This document shows positions 38,704 through 49,068 of a DNA stretch of 64,000 nt, in pieces (positions within the stretch are counted from its first letter, which is position 1; each line of letters begins with the position of its first letter). The notes beneath the pieces were generated by a model that was not told where the DNA came from, searched no databases, and saw only the letters and a program-made list of their open reading frames with translations. The translations under genes and the position numbers were made by a program. Source of the stretch: an uncultured Pseudomonadales bacterium (GTDB lineage Bacteria > Patescibacteriota > Microgenomatia > UBA1400 > CAYXSR01); assembly GCA_964430265.1 (NCBI GenBank), contig CAYSEI010000004.1, positions 45,872 to 109,871 on the forward strand, read 5' to 3'.

Positions 38704-39293
38704 TGAAAAAAAAGTATATTTTTTTACTAGTGTTAATAATTATTTTACAATTAATAACACTTAGACCTGTATTTAGATGCAGTCGTTGGGATAATCAATT
38801 CCATTTTAGTAGCCTGAATTTAAAACTGCAGATAAATTCAGCCATTTTTGCAGATCAAAATGTGCCTAACTTGTTAACCCGCGCTATGCATAACAAGATA
38901 ACCTATTTTGTGCTAGATGTTTTTCGCAGATATATGTACTTTACTGATTTTAAATTTTTATTAAGCTATTTATTACCTGTTGGATTAATTGGTTTTTTAA
39001 CTGCTATTTATTTTATTTTTAAAAATAAAATATTTAAATGTAAATATAGAGATTTCTGGGTAATTATTTTTTCTTTTTCAATACTGACACATTTATTTGA
39101 AATTATATTTAATCCCGGATTGTCTTTTATCTTAAAAACAACAATCTTATTATTACCCCATTATTTATTGTCCAGTTATGGAATTTATAAACTGTTGGAG
39201 AAAAGAACTATTTTAGTTATTTTACTGCTTATTATAAGTGTAATGTGGCTACAGGTTTATTCCCAAGAGATACTTAATTTTTGTATGGTATGA
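38703..39293 (+). pseudogene. truncated remnant of a PMT_2/ArnT-like paralog (middle TM portion only)
   Basis: GTG 38703 (track gives TTG 38691). The 197-aa product ...TRAMHNKITYFVLDVFRRYMYFTDFKFLLSYLLPVGLIGFLTAIYFIFKNK aligns with the HNRR...F...G..Y...K mid-section of its neighbours. It lacks both the N-terminal DE loop and the C-terminal domain. Confidence 0.35.
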
Positions 39294-40993
39294 AATTCTT
39301 ATATAATACACTTATGAATTTAAAACTTGATAAATCTAAAGAATTAGTAATTTTTTTAGCGATTCTGATTTTAGCTGCATTTTTACGCTTTTATAAGCTG
39401 GGAAAAATACCACCGGCGCTTAACTGGGATGAAACAGCACAGGCATACAATGCTTATTCAATCTTAAAAACAGGGAAGGATGAACATCAGAAATCTTTTC
39501 CGCATGTATATTTAACTTCATTTGGAGATTATAAGCCGCCTTTATATACCTATTTGACAGTGCCTAGTCTTTATTTTTTTGGCAATAACGCTTTTGCAGT
39601 CCGCTTTGTCTCCTCTTTATCCGGATTGATAACAGTTGGAGCAACTTATTATCTTGTAAAAGAGATTTTTAAAGATAGAAAAAAAATCAAAAACAATTTG
39701 GCTTTAATAGTTTCTTTTTTATTAGCAATCTCACCTTGGCATATCCAGCTGTCCAGAGCTGCATATGAAGCTAACTTGGCAACTTTGTTAACAACAACGG
39801 GAGTTTTATTTCTTTTAAAAGGTATTAAAAAGAAGAAATATTTATATTTATCTGCAATTTTATTTGCACTCAGTTTTTATACTTTTAACACGCCAAGGGT
39901 TTTTGTTCCTTTACTAGGGTTAAGCTTTGTTGTTACGCATTTTAAAAAGATTTGGCAAAATAAAAAGCATTTTATATTAGCAGCCGGTTTATTTATTTTA
40001 ATTGTTGCACCCCTTGTACCGCATATGTTATCTGAAGAAGGAAGACTGCGTTACCGTGAGGTTAACATCTTTTCCAATATCAAGCCTTTACAACAAGCTA
40101 ATCAGAGGATGCAGATTGATAATAATACCTGGTGGTCAAGAATCTTACATAACCGCAGGTTTGTTTACAGCCGTTTGTTTTTAAAACACTACTTTGATCA
40201 TTTTAAAGCTAAATATCTTTTTTTTACAGGTGATAGAAATCCACGTTTTTCCTCACAGGATGTTGGCCAGCTATATTTATTTTCTTTACCGTTTTTAGTT
40301 ATGGGTATTATTTATTTAATAAAAGCAATTAATAAAAAAGAGCATTCAATAAAAGAAACTAATAATAAAATAATATTTGTTTTTCTCTGGTTTTTTACAG
40401 CCATTATTCCTGCAGCAACAGCCAGAGAAACTCCTCATGCTTTAAGAACAGAAGTAATATTGCCTACATTTCAGATTTTTATTGGCTACGGCATTATTAT
40501 GTTTTGGGACAAGATAAAGAAAGCAAAAAAGAATAAGAAATTTAAAAAGTATCTGCAGATATCTACAATTTCAGTTTATTTGCTGTTTCTTTTTTATTTT
40601 TTACATAATTACTTTGTTCATTACCCAATTAAATATGCTTCAGAATGGCAGTATGGATACAAAGAAGCTTTTGAATATACAGCTCAAGTTGAAGATGAAT
40701 ATGAGAAAATTATTGTTAGCAAAAACTTGGGCCGGCCTTATATTTATTTCCTTTTTTATAACCAATATCCGCCGCAAAAATATTGGGAGGACAAAAGAGA
40801 AAATATTAAACCTTTTGGGGTACGGGAGGTTAATGGTTTTGGCAAATACTATTTTGTTGACAAAGGTGATGATATTGATGCGCCAAATGCATTATGGATT
40901 ATGCCTCCATCACAAAAACCTAAAAATGCAAAAATAATAAAAGAGATTGTGCAGCCAGATAAAAAGGTGGTTTTTTATATTTATGAAACTTAA
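39290..40993 (+). CDS. PMT_2/ArnT-like GT-C glycosyltransferase (array member 4)
   Basis: ATG 39290 overlaps the upstream stop as ATGA (alternative ATG at 39314). LNWDETAQAYNAYSIL, ISPWHIQLSRAAYEAN, LHNRRFVYS, TPHALRTEVILPTFQ and YPPQKYWED. Confidence 0.6.
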   Translation: MKFLYNTLMNLKLDKSKELVIFLAILILAAFLRFYKLGKIPPALNWDETAQAYNAYSILKTGKDEHQKSFPHVYLTSFGDYKPPLYTYLTVPSLYFFGNNAFAVRFVSSLSGLITVGATYYLVKEIFKDRKKIKNNLALIVSFLLAISPWHIQLSRAAYEANLATLLTTTGVLFLLKGIKKKKYLYLSAILFALSFYTFNTPRVFVPLLGLSFVVTHFKKIWQNKKHFILAAGLFILIVAPLVPHMLSEEGRLRYREVNIFSNIKPLQQANQRMQIDNNTWWSRILHNRRFVYSRLFLKHYFDHFKAKYLFFTGDRNPRFSSQDVGQLYLFSLPFLVMGIIYLIKAINKKEHSIKETNNKIIFVFLWFFTAIIPAATARETPHALRTEVILPTFQIFIGYGIIMFWDKIKKAKKNKKFKKYLQISTISVYLLFLFYFLHNYFVHYPIKYASEWQYGYKEAFEYTAQVEDEYEKIIVSKNLGRPYIYFLFYNQYPPQKYWEDKRENIKPFGVREVNGFGKYYFVDKGDDIDAPNALWIMPPSQKPKNAKIIKEIVQPDKKVVFYIYET

Positions 40994-42632
40994 AAAAATA
41001 TTATTTGTTCTAATACTGTTTTTATCAATTATATTAAGGTTTGCAAATTTTCCCAATGTTCCTCCAAGCCCGGACTGGGATGAAGCGGCAATTGGCTGGA
41101 ATGCTTATTCTTTAATAGAGACAGGAAGAGACGAGTTTAATCAAAAATTTCCTCTTACATTTAGATCTTTTGATGATTATAAACCCCCCTTGTACTTTTA
41201 TTTAACAGTACCTGCCGTTAAAGTGTTTGGAATAAATATCTTTGCTGTACGTTTACCTTCGGCTGTTTTTGGGGTTATATCTGTTATAGGAACCTACCTT
41301 TTAGTAAAAAATTTGTTCAATAACAAAAATCTAGCTTTGTTGTCAATGTTTTTTATGGCAGTTTCGCCCTGGCACTTGCAGTTTTCAAGAATTGCTTTTG
41401 AAGCAAATGTAGCTTTAGCTTTTAAGATTTGGGCCACTTATTTGTTTTTAGTTTCTATGAGTAATAAAAAATCAGAGAAGTTTTTTAATAAAGGATTATT
41501 AATTGTTTTGTCAGCAATTTTATTTGGACTGGCTTTGTACACCTATCATAGTGCAAGGGTGTTTGTTCCAGTTTTAGTTCTATTATTAACTTTATTTAAC
41601 TGGAAAAAATTATTAAAAATACGTAAAAAAGTTTTAATCGGATTCTTAGTTGGTATGATTTTTGTTATACCCTTAGTAAGGATAATGACCAGCAAGCAAG
41701 GCCAGATGCGTTTAAAAGGGGTAAGTTCTTTTTCCAATACTGTTGAATTATTAAAAGAAGACAGCTTAAGAATTCAAGCTGACTTGGAAAATGGTTTTAG
41801 ATTGGGAAGATTAATCCACAACCGCAGAATAAGATATGTTTTAAGATTTATGGAAAGCTATTTTGCGCATTGGGATTTGAATTGGCTGTTTCTAAATACT
41901 GAAGGTGATGTACAGCGCCATCATGCACCAGATATGGGGTTGTTGTATTTATGGGAGCTTCCTTTTGTATTGATTGGTATTTATCAATTATTTTTCTCCA
42001 AAAAGAAAAGAGCAAAAAGAGATGTATTTGCATGGTTTTTAATTGCTCCTTTGGCTTCTTCAGTTTCTGCTGATGTGCCGCATGCTGTTAGAACCTTATG
42101 CTTTTTACCCACCTGGCATATATTTACCTCATTGGGTGTTTTAAAAACTTATGACTATTTAAAAGATAAAAACAAAATACTAAAAACAACGGCTTTCGTT
42201 TTTCTATCAAGTGCATTTGTTTTCAATTGCATATTTTATCTACACCAGTATCATGTGCATCAGCGGATTGAGTATTCAAAATATTGGCAATATGGGTATA
42301 AAGAATTGTACAAGGAGCTGAAAGAAATTGAAGATGAATATAGTCAGGTTCGCGTCTCCATAGAAGCAGAACAGCCTTACATGTTTTATCTTTTTTATGC
42401 TCAATACCCGCCCCAAAAATATCTAAAACAAGGAGGGACTCCTTCAGGCGGTTTTTGGGAGGAACACACAATTGGCAAATATCATTTTGTCAGGTTTAAC
42501 TGGAATGAGGAGTCTAAGAAGAATGATATAGTTTGGGCAGTGGTTGACAAGGAATTGCCTGCAAATGTTGATGTGATTAAAACTATTAATTTGTTAAATG
42601 GGGAACCATATTTACATATATTTAAATTATAA
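40983..42632 (+). CDS. PMT_2/ArnT-like GT-C glycosyltransferase (array member 5)
   Basis: ATG 40983 (track TTG 40947). PDWDEAAIGWNAYSLIETGRDEF, VSPWHLQFSRIAFEAN, IHNRRIRYV, VPHAVRTLCFLPTWH and YPPQKYLKQGGTPSGGF. Confidence 0.6.
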   Translation: MKLKKILFVLILFLSIILRFANFPNVPPSPDWDEAAIGWNAYSLIETGRDEFNQKFPLTFRSFDDYKPPLYFYLTVPAVKVFGINIFAVRLPSAVFGVISVIGTYLLVKNLFNNKNLALLSMFFMAVSPWHLQFSRIAFEANVALAFKIWATYLFLVSMSNKKSEKFFNKGLLIVLSAILFGLALYTYHSARVFVPVLVLLLTLFNWKKLLKIRKKVLIGFLVGMIFVIPLVRIMTSKQGQMRLKGVSSFSNTVELLKEDSLRIQADLENGFRLGRLIHNRRIRYVLRFMESYFAHWDLNWLFLNTEGDVQRHHAPDMGLLYLWELPFVLIGIYQLFFSKKKRAKRDVFAWFLIAPLASSVSADVPHAVRTLCFLPTWHIFTSLGVLKTYDYLKDKNKILKTTAFVFLSSAFVFNCIFYLHQYHVHQRIEYSKYWQYGYKELYKELKEIEDEYSQVRVSIEAEQPYMFYLFYAQYPPQKYLKQGGTPSGGFWEEHTIGKYHFVRFNWNEESKKNDIVWAVVDKELPANVDVIKTINLLNGEPYLHIFKL

Positions 42633-42647
42633 TAGAGAAGAGGACAT

Positions 42648-43385
42648 ATGAAAAAAACTAAAGTTGTAGTTGTAATGCCTGCTTACAATGCAGAACAAAC
42701 TTTGGAAAAAACATATAAAGATATCCCCAAAAGAAAAGTTGATGAAATAATTCTTGTTGATGATAAATCAAATGACAATACTGTGAAAAAAGCAAAAGAG
42801 CTTAAAATTAAAACATTCAGCCACAAGAAAAACAAAGGATATGGCGGGAACCAGAAAACCTGCTATAAAAAAGCTTTAAAAGAAGGAGCAGACATTATTG
42901 TAATGCTGCATCCTGATTATCAGTACGATCCGAAATTAATAGGCGAAATGATTGAACCTATTAAAAAGAATAAGTACGACATAATTCTTGGTAATAGGAT
43001 TAGGTCCAGAAAAGAAGCTTTTGAAGGAGGAATGCCAAAAACAAAGTATTTTTTAAACAGAATGCTGACTTTTATTGAAAACGTTGTTTTGGGGACAAAC
43101 CTCCGTGAACACTTATCTGGATACAGAGCATACACAAAGGAAGTTTTAAAAACTTTGCCTTTAAAGAAAATGAGTGATGACTTTGTATTTGATCAGCAGT
43201 TTACTATTTCAGCAACATACTCAGGCTTTGATATTGGCCATATTGAAGTGCCGGTAAGATATTTTGATGAAGCATCTTCAATCCAGTTTATCCGGGGGAC
43301 AAAGTTTATGCTGCAGACTTTCTGGACATTATTTTTATTTACTCTAGCAAAAAATGGTATTTATAAAGCTAAAGTATTTAAATGA
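42648..43385 (+). CDS. DPM1/GtrB-like GT2 polyprenyl-phosphate glycosyltransferase
   Basis: VVVVMPAYNAEQTL...ILVDDKSNDNT...MLHPDYQYDP. 245 aa. Confidence 0.75.
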   Translation: MKKTKVVVVMPAYNAEQTLEKTYKDIPKRKVDEIILVDDKSNDNTVKKAKELKIKTFSHKKNKGYGGNQKTCYKKALKEGADIIVMLHPDYQYDPKLIGEMIEPIKKNKYDIILGNRIRSRKEAFEGGMPKTKYFLNRMLTFIENVVLGTNLREHLSGYRAYTKEVLKTLPLKKMSDDFVFDQQFTISATYSGFDIGHIEVPVRYFDEASSIQFIRGTKFMLQTFWTLFLFTLAKNGIYKAKVFK

Positions 43386-44161
43386 GCAAAATATCTGCAA
43401 TCATATTATTCGGTAACCGTGAAAATGAAATAGAAAAATGCTTGAAAAGCATTAAATGGGTGGATGAAATTATTGGGGTAAATATTGGATCCAATGACAG
43501 GACACAAGAGCTGATTAAAAAGTTTCGCAAGGATGCAAGGATAGTTAAAGGAGGGGAAGGCTTTTTTTCTAAATGGAGAAACATTGGGGCAAATAAAGCA
43601 AAAAGCGACTGGCTTTTTTACATTGACACTGACGAAAGTGTGACCGACAAGTTGAGAAAAGAGATTTTAAAAAAAATCAAAGTTGAAAAATATTCAGCTT
43701 TTCAGATACCTAGGAAAAACTTCTTTTTAGGCAAGGAATTCAAATCTGAATGGCCCGATTATGTAACCCGGTTAATAAAAAAAGATAAATTAAAAAAATG
43801 GGAAGGTTCCATTCATGAACAGCCAATAATTGAGGGTAAGATAGGAAGGCTGAAAAATCCTTTGATTCACGTAACCCACCGTAATTTAGGCCAGATGCTT
43901 GAAAAAACAATTAAATGGTCCTGGCTGGAGGCTGAAAACCGCTATAAAGCAGGTCATCCGCCTATGAAGGTCTGGCGCTTTTTCCGGGTGATGTTTACAG
44001 AATTTATTAATCAATTTTTTAAAAAGAAAAGATATATTGATGGTGTTGAGGGCTGGATTGAAGGAATTTATCAGATGTTTTCTGTTTTTATAACCTACGT
44101 TCGTTTATGGCAGCTGCAGAATAAAAAAGGGTTGACTAAAGAGGAGGAAAAATATTTATGA
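43382..44161 (+). CDS. GT2 glycosyltransferase (WaaE/KdtX-like, about 260 aa class)
   Basis: SAIILFGNRENEIEKCLKSIKWVDEIIGV...YIDTDE. Tandem paralog of 44158. Confidence 0.6.
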   Translation: MSKISAIILFGNRENEIEKCLKSIKWVDEIIGVNIGSNDRTQELIKKFRKDARIVKGGEGFFSKWRNIGANKAKSDWLFYIDTDESVTDKLRKEILKKIKVEKYSAFQIPRKNFFLGKEFKSEWPDYVTRLIKKDKLKKWEGSIHEQPIIEGKIGRLKNPLIHVTHRNLGQMLEKTIKWSWLEAENRYKAGHPPMKVWRFFRVMFTEFINQFFKKKRYIDGVEGWIEGIYQMFSVFITYVRLWQLQNKKGLTKEEEKYL

Positions 44162-44937
44162 GCAGTCTATCAGTTTGCTGGGCAGTGCACAATGAAGAGG
44201 AAAATATTAAAAAATCAATGGAGTCTGTTAAGGATATAGCAGATGAGATTGTTATTGTTGATGGAGCCTCTACAGACTCAACAATAGGCAAAATTGAAGA
44301 ATTTAAAAAAGAGAATCCGCGCATTGAGTATAAAATAATAGTTACCAGTAACAAGGAAATGTTTCATATTAATAAGCAAATGGCTGTAGACAATTGTTCT
44401 AAGGAATGGATTCTGCAGCTGGATGCAGACGAAGAAGTTTCTGATAAGCTGGGGAAGGAAATAATTAACAGGATCAAGCAAAAACAAACTAAAGCAGGCT
44501 ATTATCTGCCCAGAAAAAATTACTTTTTAGGCAGATTTTTAAAAAAAGGCGGTGCTTATCCTGATTATGTAATCAGGCTTTTCCAAAACGGCAAAGGAAA
44601 ATTTCCCTGTGAAACTGTTCACGAACAAATTGAAATTGATGGAGAAGTAGGTTACTTAGAAAATGATTTGCTTCACTGGGCAGACCCGAACTTTAAACGC
44701 TATTGGAAGCGCTTTCAAAGGTATACAAAAGAGACTGCATATAAACTAAGTAAAAAAGGTGTAAAACAAAACCCGCTGTATTTTTTCATATACGTAATTT
44801 ATATGCCTTTGAAGACTTTTCTATCAATTTATATCCGTCACAAGGGTTTTATGGACGGATGGCAGGGATTTGTCTGGGCGTTTTTTTCCGGACTGCACTG
44901 GAGCGCGGCCTATATAAAATTATTAGAAAATGCATAA
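44158..44937 (+). CDS. GT2 glycosyltransferase (paralog of 43382)
   Basis: SVCWAVHNEEENIKKSMESVKDIADEIVIVDGASTDST...QLDADEE. Same length and C-terminal W/Y-rich tail as 43382. Confidence 0.6.
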   Translation: MSSLSVCWAVHNEEENIKKSMESVKDIADEIVIVDGASTDSTIGKIEEFKKENPRIEYKIIVTSNKEMFHINKQMAVDNCSKEWILQLDADEEVSDKLGKEIINRIKQKQTKAGYYLPRKNYFLGRFLKKGGAYPDYVIRLFQNGKGKFPCETVHEQIEIDGEVGYLENDLLHWADPNFKRYWKRFQRYTKETAYKLSKKGVKQNPLYFFIYVIYMPLKTFLSIYIRHKGFMDGWQGFVWAFFSGLHWSAAYIKLLENA

Positions 44938-44942
44938 CACAT

Positions 44943-46391
44943 TTAATTAATAAATTTTTTTGCTTTAAGAACAAGATATTCACCTTCAGGTTTTCCATCT
45001 GTTAAATCTTGGAAATATACTTTCATGTTATTATTGGGAAATAGATAATTAAACCCCTTTTCTTCAAACATTGCGAGAGCAATCTGCTTTGATTCTCCTC
45101 TCCAGTGAGGATTAACAAATTCTGAATTTACAAAATATATTTTATTGTTATTCAATTCTGAATAATTGCTTTTAAAATATGTATAGATATTTTTGCTGAT
45201 TTTTCCGCGTTTAAATATCCAGTGGTGCTGGTAATTAAAAGAGTTTGTGACGAAAAAGAGGGAAATATAAACAAAAAGGAATAAAATACTTTTAAAATTA
45301 AATTTTAAGAGTAAAAGACCTAAAAATAAAGACATAAAAAAATGGGGGAGGGTGAGGGAATAAGCAAATTTATGCCAGGGGAGAGTGAGTACCGGAGAAA
45401 GAAAAACAATGTATCCAAAAATAGCAAAAATTATTAATCTTACATTATTTTTTTTAAAGTATTCTTTTCTATTTTTTAAAATATTAAAAATAAATAAGAC
45501 AAACATCAATATTAAACTAATAGCTGTTGTGTAAGTTAAAAATCTGAATTCATTTAGCAAGCGAGGATTAATTCTTATACCCGGCCCGATAAAGTCCACA
45601 AAGCTTTCTGCTACGTTTAATGACCATAAACTATACCAAAAGGTGTTGTTTAAGAGCTTAGACAAGCTTAGAGAGACTTGGTATACATATCCACCCGGTG
45701 TTCCCATAACAATTATTCTTAAATAAAGATAAGTTATTAAAAGAATAAAAGATAAAAGAAAATATAAATAAATATCCTTTGAGTATTTTTTCTTTTTTTG
45801 CTTAAAAAAGAAAAACAGTATTAAAAGCAAAAAAGGTATAATAATTGCGGTTTCTTTGCTTAAAAAAGATAAAATTAAAGCAATAAAGCTGATAATTAAG
45901 TTAATATTTTTCTCTTTTTTCAGATATTGTATAAAAAACCAGATTGAAGACATAGCAAAAAAAGCAAGCATGTTTTCCTGGATCTGTGTAATCCAAGCAA
46001 CGCGTAAAATGTGGTGTGAAGAAAAAGTATAGATTAAAGTTGCCAGGATTGAAACGGATTTTCTTCTGGTTAACAGACTGATTATATGATAGCATAAGTA
46101 TATTGATCCCAGATAAAAAGCAAAAGAGGTTAGGTGATAGAAATATGCATGAGTTGATAATATTTTGTTAGCTAAAAAATAAAAGCTTTGTAAAGGTAGT
46201 GGGCGGTAAAAAGGCAGCTCTTTGTTTTTAAAAGTAAAAAAATTGGCAAACTGTTTTAAGTTTTTTGCCTGCGAAATGGAAAAATTATAAAAGTCATCAC
46301 TTAAAAAGAAATTTGACAAGGCCGGCTGAAAAAGAAGAAATAAAAATAAAACAAAGAATATTAAAAATACCTTTTTTGAACTTATAAACAT
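44943..46391 (-). CDS. polytopic membrane protein (possible GT-C, polymerase or ligase-like), function unknown
   Basis: 482 aa, highly hydrophobic N-terminal two-thirds with acidic loop FFLSDDFYNF, and a soluble C-terminal roughly 100 aa. Confidence 0.35.
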   Translation of the reverse strand: MFISSKKVFLIFFVLFLFLLFQPALSNFFLSDDFYNFSISQAKNLKQFANFFTFKNKELPFYRPLPLQSFYFLANKILSTHAYFYHLTSFAFYLGSIYLCYHIISLLTRRKSVSILATLIYTFSSHHILRVAWITQIQENMLAFFAMSSIWFFIQYLKKEKNINLIISFIALILSFLSKETAIIIPFLLLILFFFFKQKKKKYSKDIYLYFLLSFILLITYLYLRIIVMGTPGGYVYQVSLSLSKLLNNTFWYSLWSLNVAESFVDFIGPGIRINPRLLNEFRFLTYTTAISLILMFVLFIFNILKNRKEYFKKNNVRLIIFAIFGYIVFLSPVLTLPWHKFAYSLTLPHFFMSLFLGLLLLKFNFKSILFLFVYISLFFVTNSFNYQHHWIFKRGKISKNIYTYFKSNYSELNNNKIYFVNSEFVNPHWRGESKQIALAMFEEKGFNYLFPNNNMKVYFQDLTDGKPEGEYLVLKAKKFIN

Positions 46392-46418
46392 TATTTATAT
46401 ATAATAACAAATAATTTA

Positions 46419-47462
46419 ATGAAAATTGCAGTATCTTTTAAAAACCACAAAAACGAAGCTAAAAGAGGCATAGATTTTTATACTGATAAAATAGTGGAAG
46501 GAATTAAATCAAGGGAAAAAATTGAACTGGTTAAAGAAGATGCAGCAGATTTAATTCACTTGACCAGTGCAGATTTTTTTAACAACCCCAGATTTGATCT
46601 GCTGAATAAAAAATATATTTACACAATTCACGACTTAATTCCGATTAAGTTCTCCGAGCATTTTCCTAAAGGAATAAAAGGAAGCACAAAATGGATGTTT
46701 AACCGGATTATTATGAAAAAAGCAAAATTTATGATAACCGATTCCGTAAGCTCAAAAAACGATATTGTAAAGATTATTAAATATCCTGAAGAAAAGATTA
46801 CAGTTATTCCATTAGCTCCAAGAGAAAATTTTAAATTAATGACAAAAGAAGAAAAGGAAAAGTTTTCCTCTGTCAAGGAAAAATATAATATTGCTGATGA
46901 TTTTGTATTATATGTGGGTGACGTAAACTGGAATAAAAACTTGCCTGGACTAGCAAAAGCATGTATTGAACTTGAATATCCGCTAGTTGTTGTTGGATCT
47001 AAAGCAGATAAAGAAAAATTCAATTCCAAACATCCAGAAAACAAGCCGCTTAAGGAATTCAAACAAATCCAAAAGAAAAACCCTGAATTAATCATTACAA
47101 CAGGATTTATACCTGAACGCTATTTAGTTTATATATACAATATTGCCAGACTATACTGCCAGCCGTCATATTATGAAGGATTTGGATTACCTGTTCTTGA
47201 AGCAATGGCATGCGGATGTCCGGTTTTATCTTCAAATCAGGGAAGTCTGCCTGAAGTAGGCAATAAAGCAGCAGTATATTTTAATCCCTATTATAAAGAA
47301 GAAATCAAAAGAAAACTTAAAAAATTTTGGAAATTAAAAGATAATCAGGTAAAATATCAAGAGTTAAGCAAAAATTGTCTGCAAAATGCAGACCAATATT
47401 CTTGGGAACAAACATTGGAAAAGACATTTAATGTTTATAGAAAGGCACTAAATGAAAATTGA
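46419..47462 (+). CDS. GT4 (Glycos_transf_1) glycosyltransferase
   Basis: YYEGFGLPVLEAMACGCPVLSSNQGSLPEV. 347 aa. Confidence 0.7.
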   Translation: MKIAVSFKNHKNEAKRGIDFYTDKIVEGIKSREKIELVKEDAADLIHLTSADFFNNPRFDLLNKKYIYTIHDLIPIKFSEHFPKGIKGSTKWMFNRIIMKKAKFMITDSVSSKNDIVKIIKYPEEKITVIPLAPRENFKLMTKEEKEKFSSVKEKYNIADDFVLYVGDVNWNKNLPGLAKACIELEYPLVVVGSKADKEKFNSKHPENKPLKEFKQIQKKNPELIITTGFIPERYLVYIYNIARLYCQPSYYEGFGLPVLEAMACGCPVLSSNQGSLPEVGNKAAVYFNPYYKEEIKRKLKKFWKLKDNQVKYQELSKNCLQNADQYSWEQTLEKTFNVYRKALNEN

Positions 47463-49068
47463 TAAACATAAAATCCTTTTGATTTTTATTATTTTAATAG
47501 CGGTTTTTTTCCGTTTTTATAATTTAAAAGATAATTTTAATTTTACTTATGATGCAGGCCGGGACCATATCCGCATAAACAACATATATGAAAATAAAGA
47601 TATAAAAATTGTTGGAACAGAAACTGATATTCCAGGTGTTTTTAGCGGTGCTTTTTATTATTATATGCTTATTCCTGGTCAAATAATTACTAAGGGAAAC
47701 CCGAATGCATCTATTTATCTTTTAGCATTTATAAATTTATTAGCTGTCCCCTTTATATATTTAATAACTAAAGAGTTATTTGATAATAAAACTACAGCCT
47801 TGATCGCTTCTTTTATTTCTGCAGTTTCATATTTTTTAGTCAACTATTCCCGTTTTCTTTCCAATGCTTCGCCCTTGCCTTTATCTATTGCTGTTTTCTT
47901 TTATGGTTTGCTTTTATGGAAGAAAGGCAAAAAAAACGGTTTTCCCTTAGCAATGCTGGGGCTTGGATTATCTACGCAATTTGACTATTTATATATTTAC
48001 TTATTTGTATACCTGCTGATAATCAAACTTTTATATAATCCTAAATTAAATAAAAAAGAACTTTTAAAGGGTTTTGTTGCAGGTTTAATAACTTTTAGCA
48101 CTTATATAATCGCAGAAATTAAATTTAAGTTTTTAGGAACAAGAGAACTGATAAGTTTTATTGCTGAGGGAGTAAATGAAGTTTCAGCTCAAGCAGCAAT
48201 TGATAAATATATTAATAAAATTGTAAGAATTACGGGGTATAACTTTTTCCATTTTAATTTTTTCCTTTCTTTATTAATTTTTGTTTTTATGATTTATTTT
48301 TCTTTTACAAGAACCAAGAAGAAAAAATATATAGAAAACCTTGAATTTGTTTTGTTGTGGTTTTTTTCATCTCTTTTAGTTCTTGGATTTAATACTGGAG
48401 GAGTAAATCTGCCGTTGATTATTAATAGCGGAATAATTTTTCCAGCAATTATTTTAGTTGCCTATTTTGGGCAAAAAGTTTATGCCAAAAATAAATTATT
48501 ATTTGCTTTAATGATTGTTATGATTTTCACAAGCAATCTTATTCTATATTTTGAAAGCAACTGGGTACCTTCAGATCTGAATAATCCCGGAAATAAAATG
48601 CTTTTGAAATATCAAAAACAAGCGCTTGATTATATGTATCAAGAAGCAGATGGAAAGGACTTTGCTTTTTGTGGGCTTACTCAGCCTCTTTTTATCAACT
48701 CGACATGGGCACACTTATTTGAATGGTATGGCAAAAGCAAATATGGATATCTTCCATACTGGTCTGGCCCAAAGCAAAATCCGCAATTTGGAGCATCTGA
48801 TATTCAAAAAGAAGAAGAGTTCAAGGAAACAAGATTTATTATCTATGAACCACCCTATGGGTTAAAAGAGGAAATGTATACTCATACGAGGATTGTTGCT
48901 GACAGAACTACAGAGGTTGTTGAAAAAAAGAACTTTGGTGCAATTGAAGTGGAAAAAAGACGAATCTTAAAAGGAGAGGAAAGAGAACAAGCGGAAAAAG
49001 AATTTCAATTAAAAAGCAAACAATACAAAGATGTTCTAGATAGTGATATTCGCTACAATTGCTTATGA
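47452..49068 (+). CDS. GT-C-like membrane protein, D-x-G-R-D family (tandem duplicate A)
   Basis: YDAGRDHIRINNIYENKDIKIVGTETDIPGVFSGAFYYYMLIPGQ. C-terminal soluble domain ends RRILKGEEREQAEKEF. Confidence 0.5.
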   Translation: MKIDKHKILLIFIILIAVFFRFYNLKDNFNFTYDAGRDHIRINNIYENKDIKIVGTETDIPGVFSGAFYYYMLIPGQIITKGNPNASIYLLAFINLLAVPFIYLITKELFDNKTTALIASFISAVSYFLVNYSRFLSNASPLPLSIAVFFYGLLLWKKGKKNGFPLAMLGLGLSTQFDYLYIYLFVYLLIIKLLYNPKLNKKELLKGFVAGLITFSTYIIAEIKFKFLGTRELISFIAEGVNEVSAQAAIDKYINKIVRITGYNFFHFNFFLSLLIFVFMIYFSFTRTKKKKYIENLEFVLLWFFSSLLVLGFNTGGVNLPLIINSGIIFPAIILVAYFGQKVYAKNKLLFALMIVMIFTSNLILYFESNWVPSDLNNPGNKMLLKYQKQALDYMYQEADGKDFAFCGLTQPLFINSTWAHLFEWYGKSKYGYLPYWSGPKQNPQFGASDIQKEEEFKETRFIIYEPPYGLKEEMYTHTRIVADRTTEVVEKKNFGAIEVEKRRILKGEEREQAEKEFQLKSKQYKDVLDSDIRYNCL

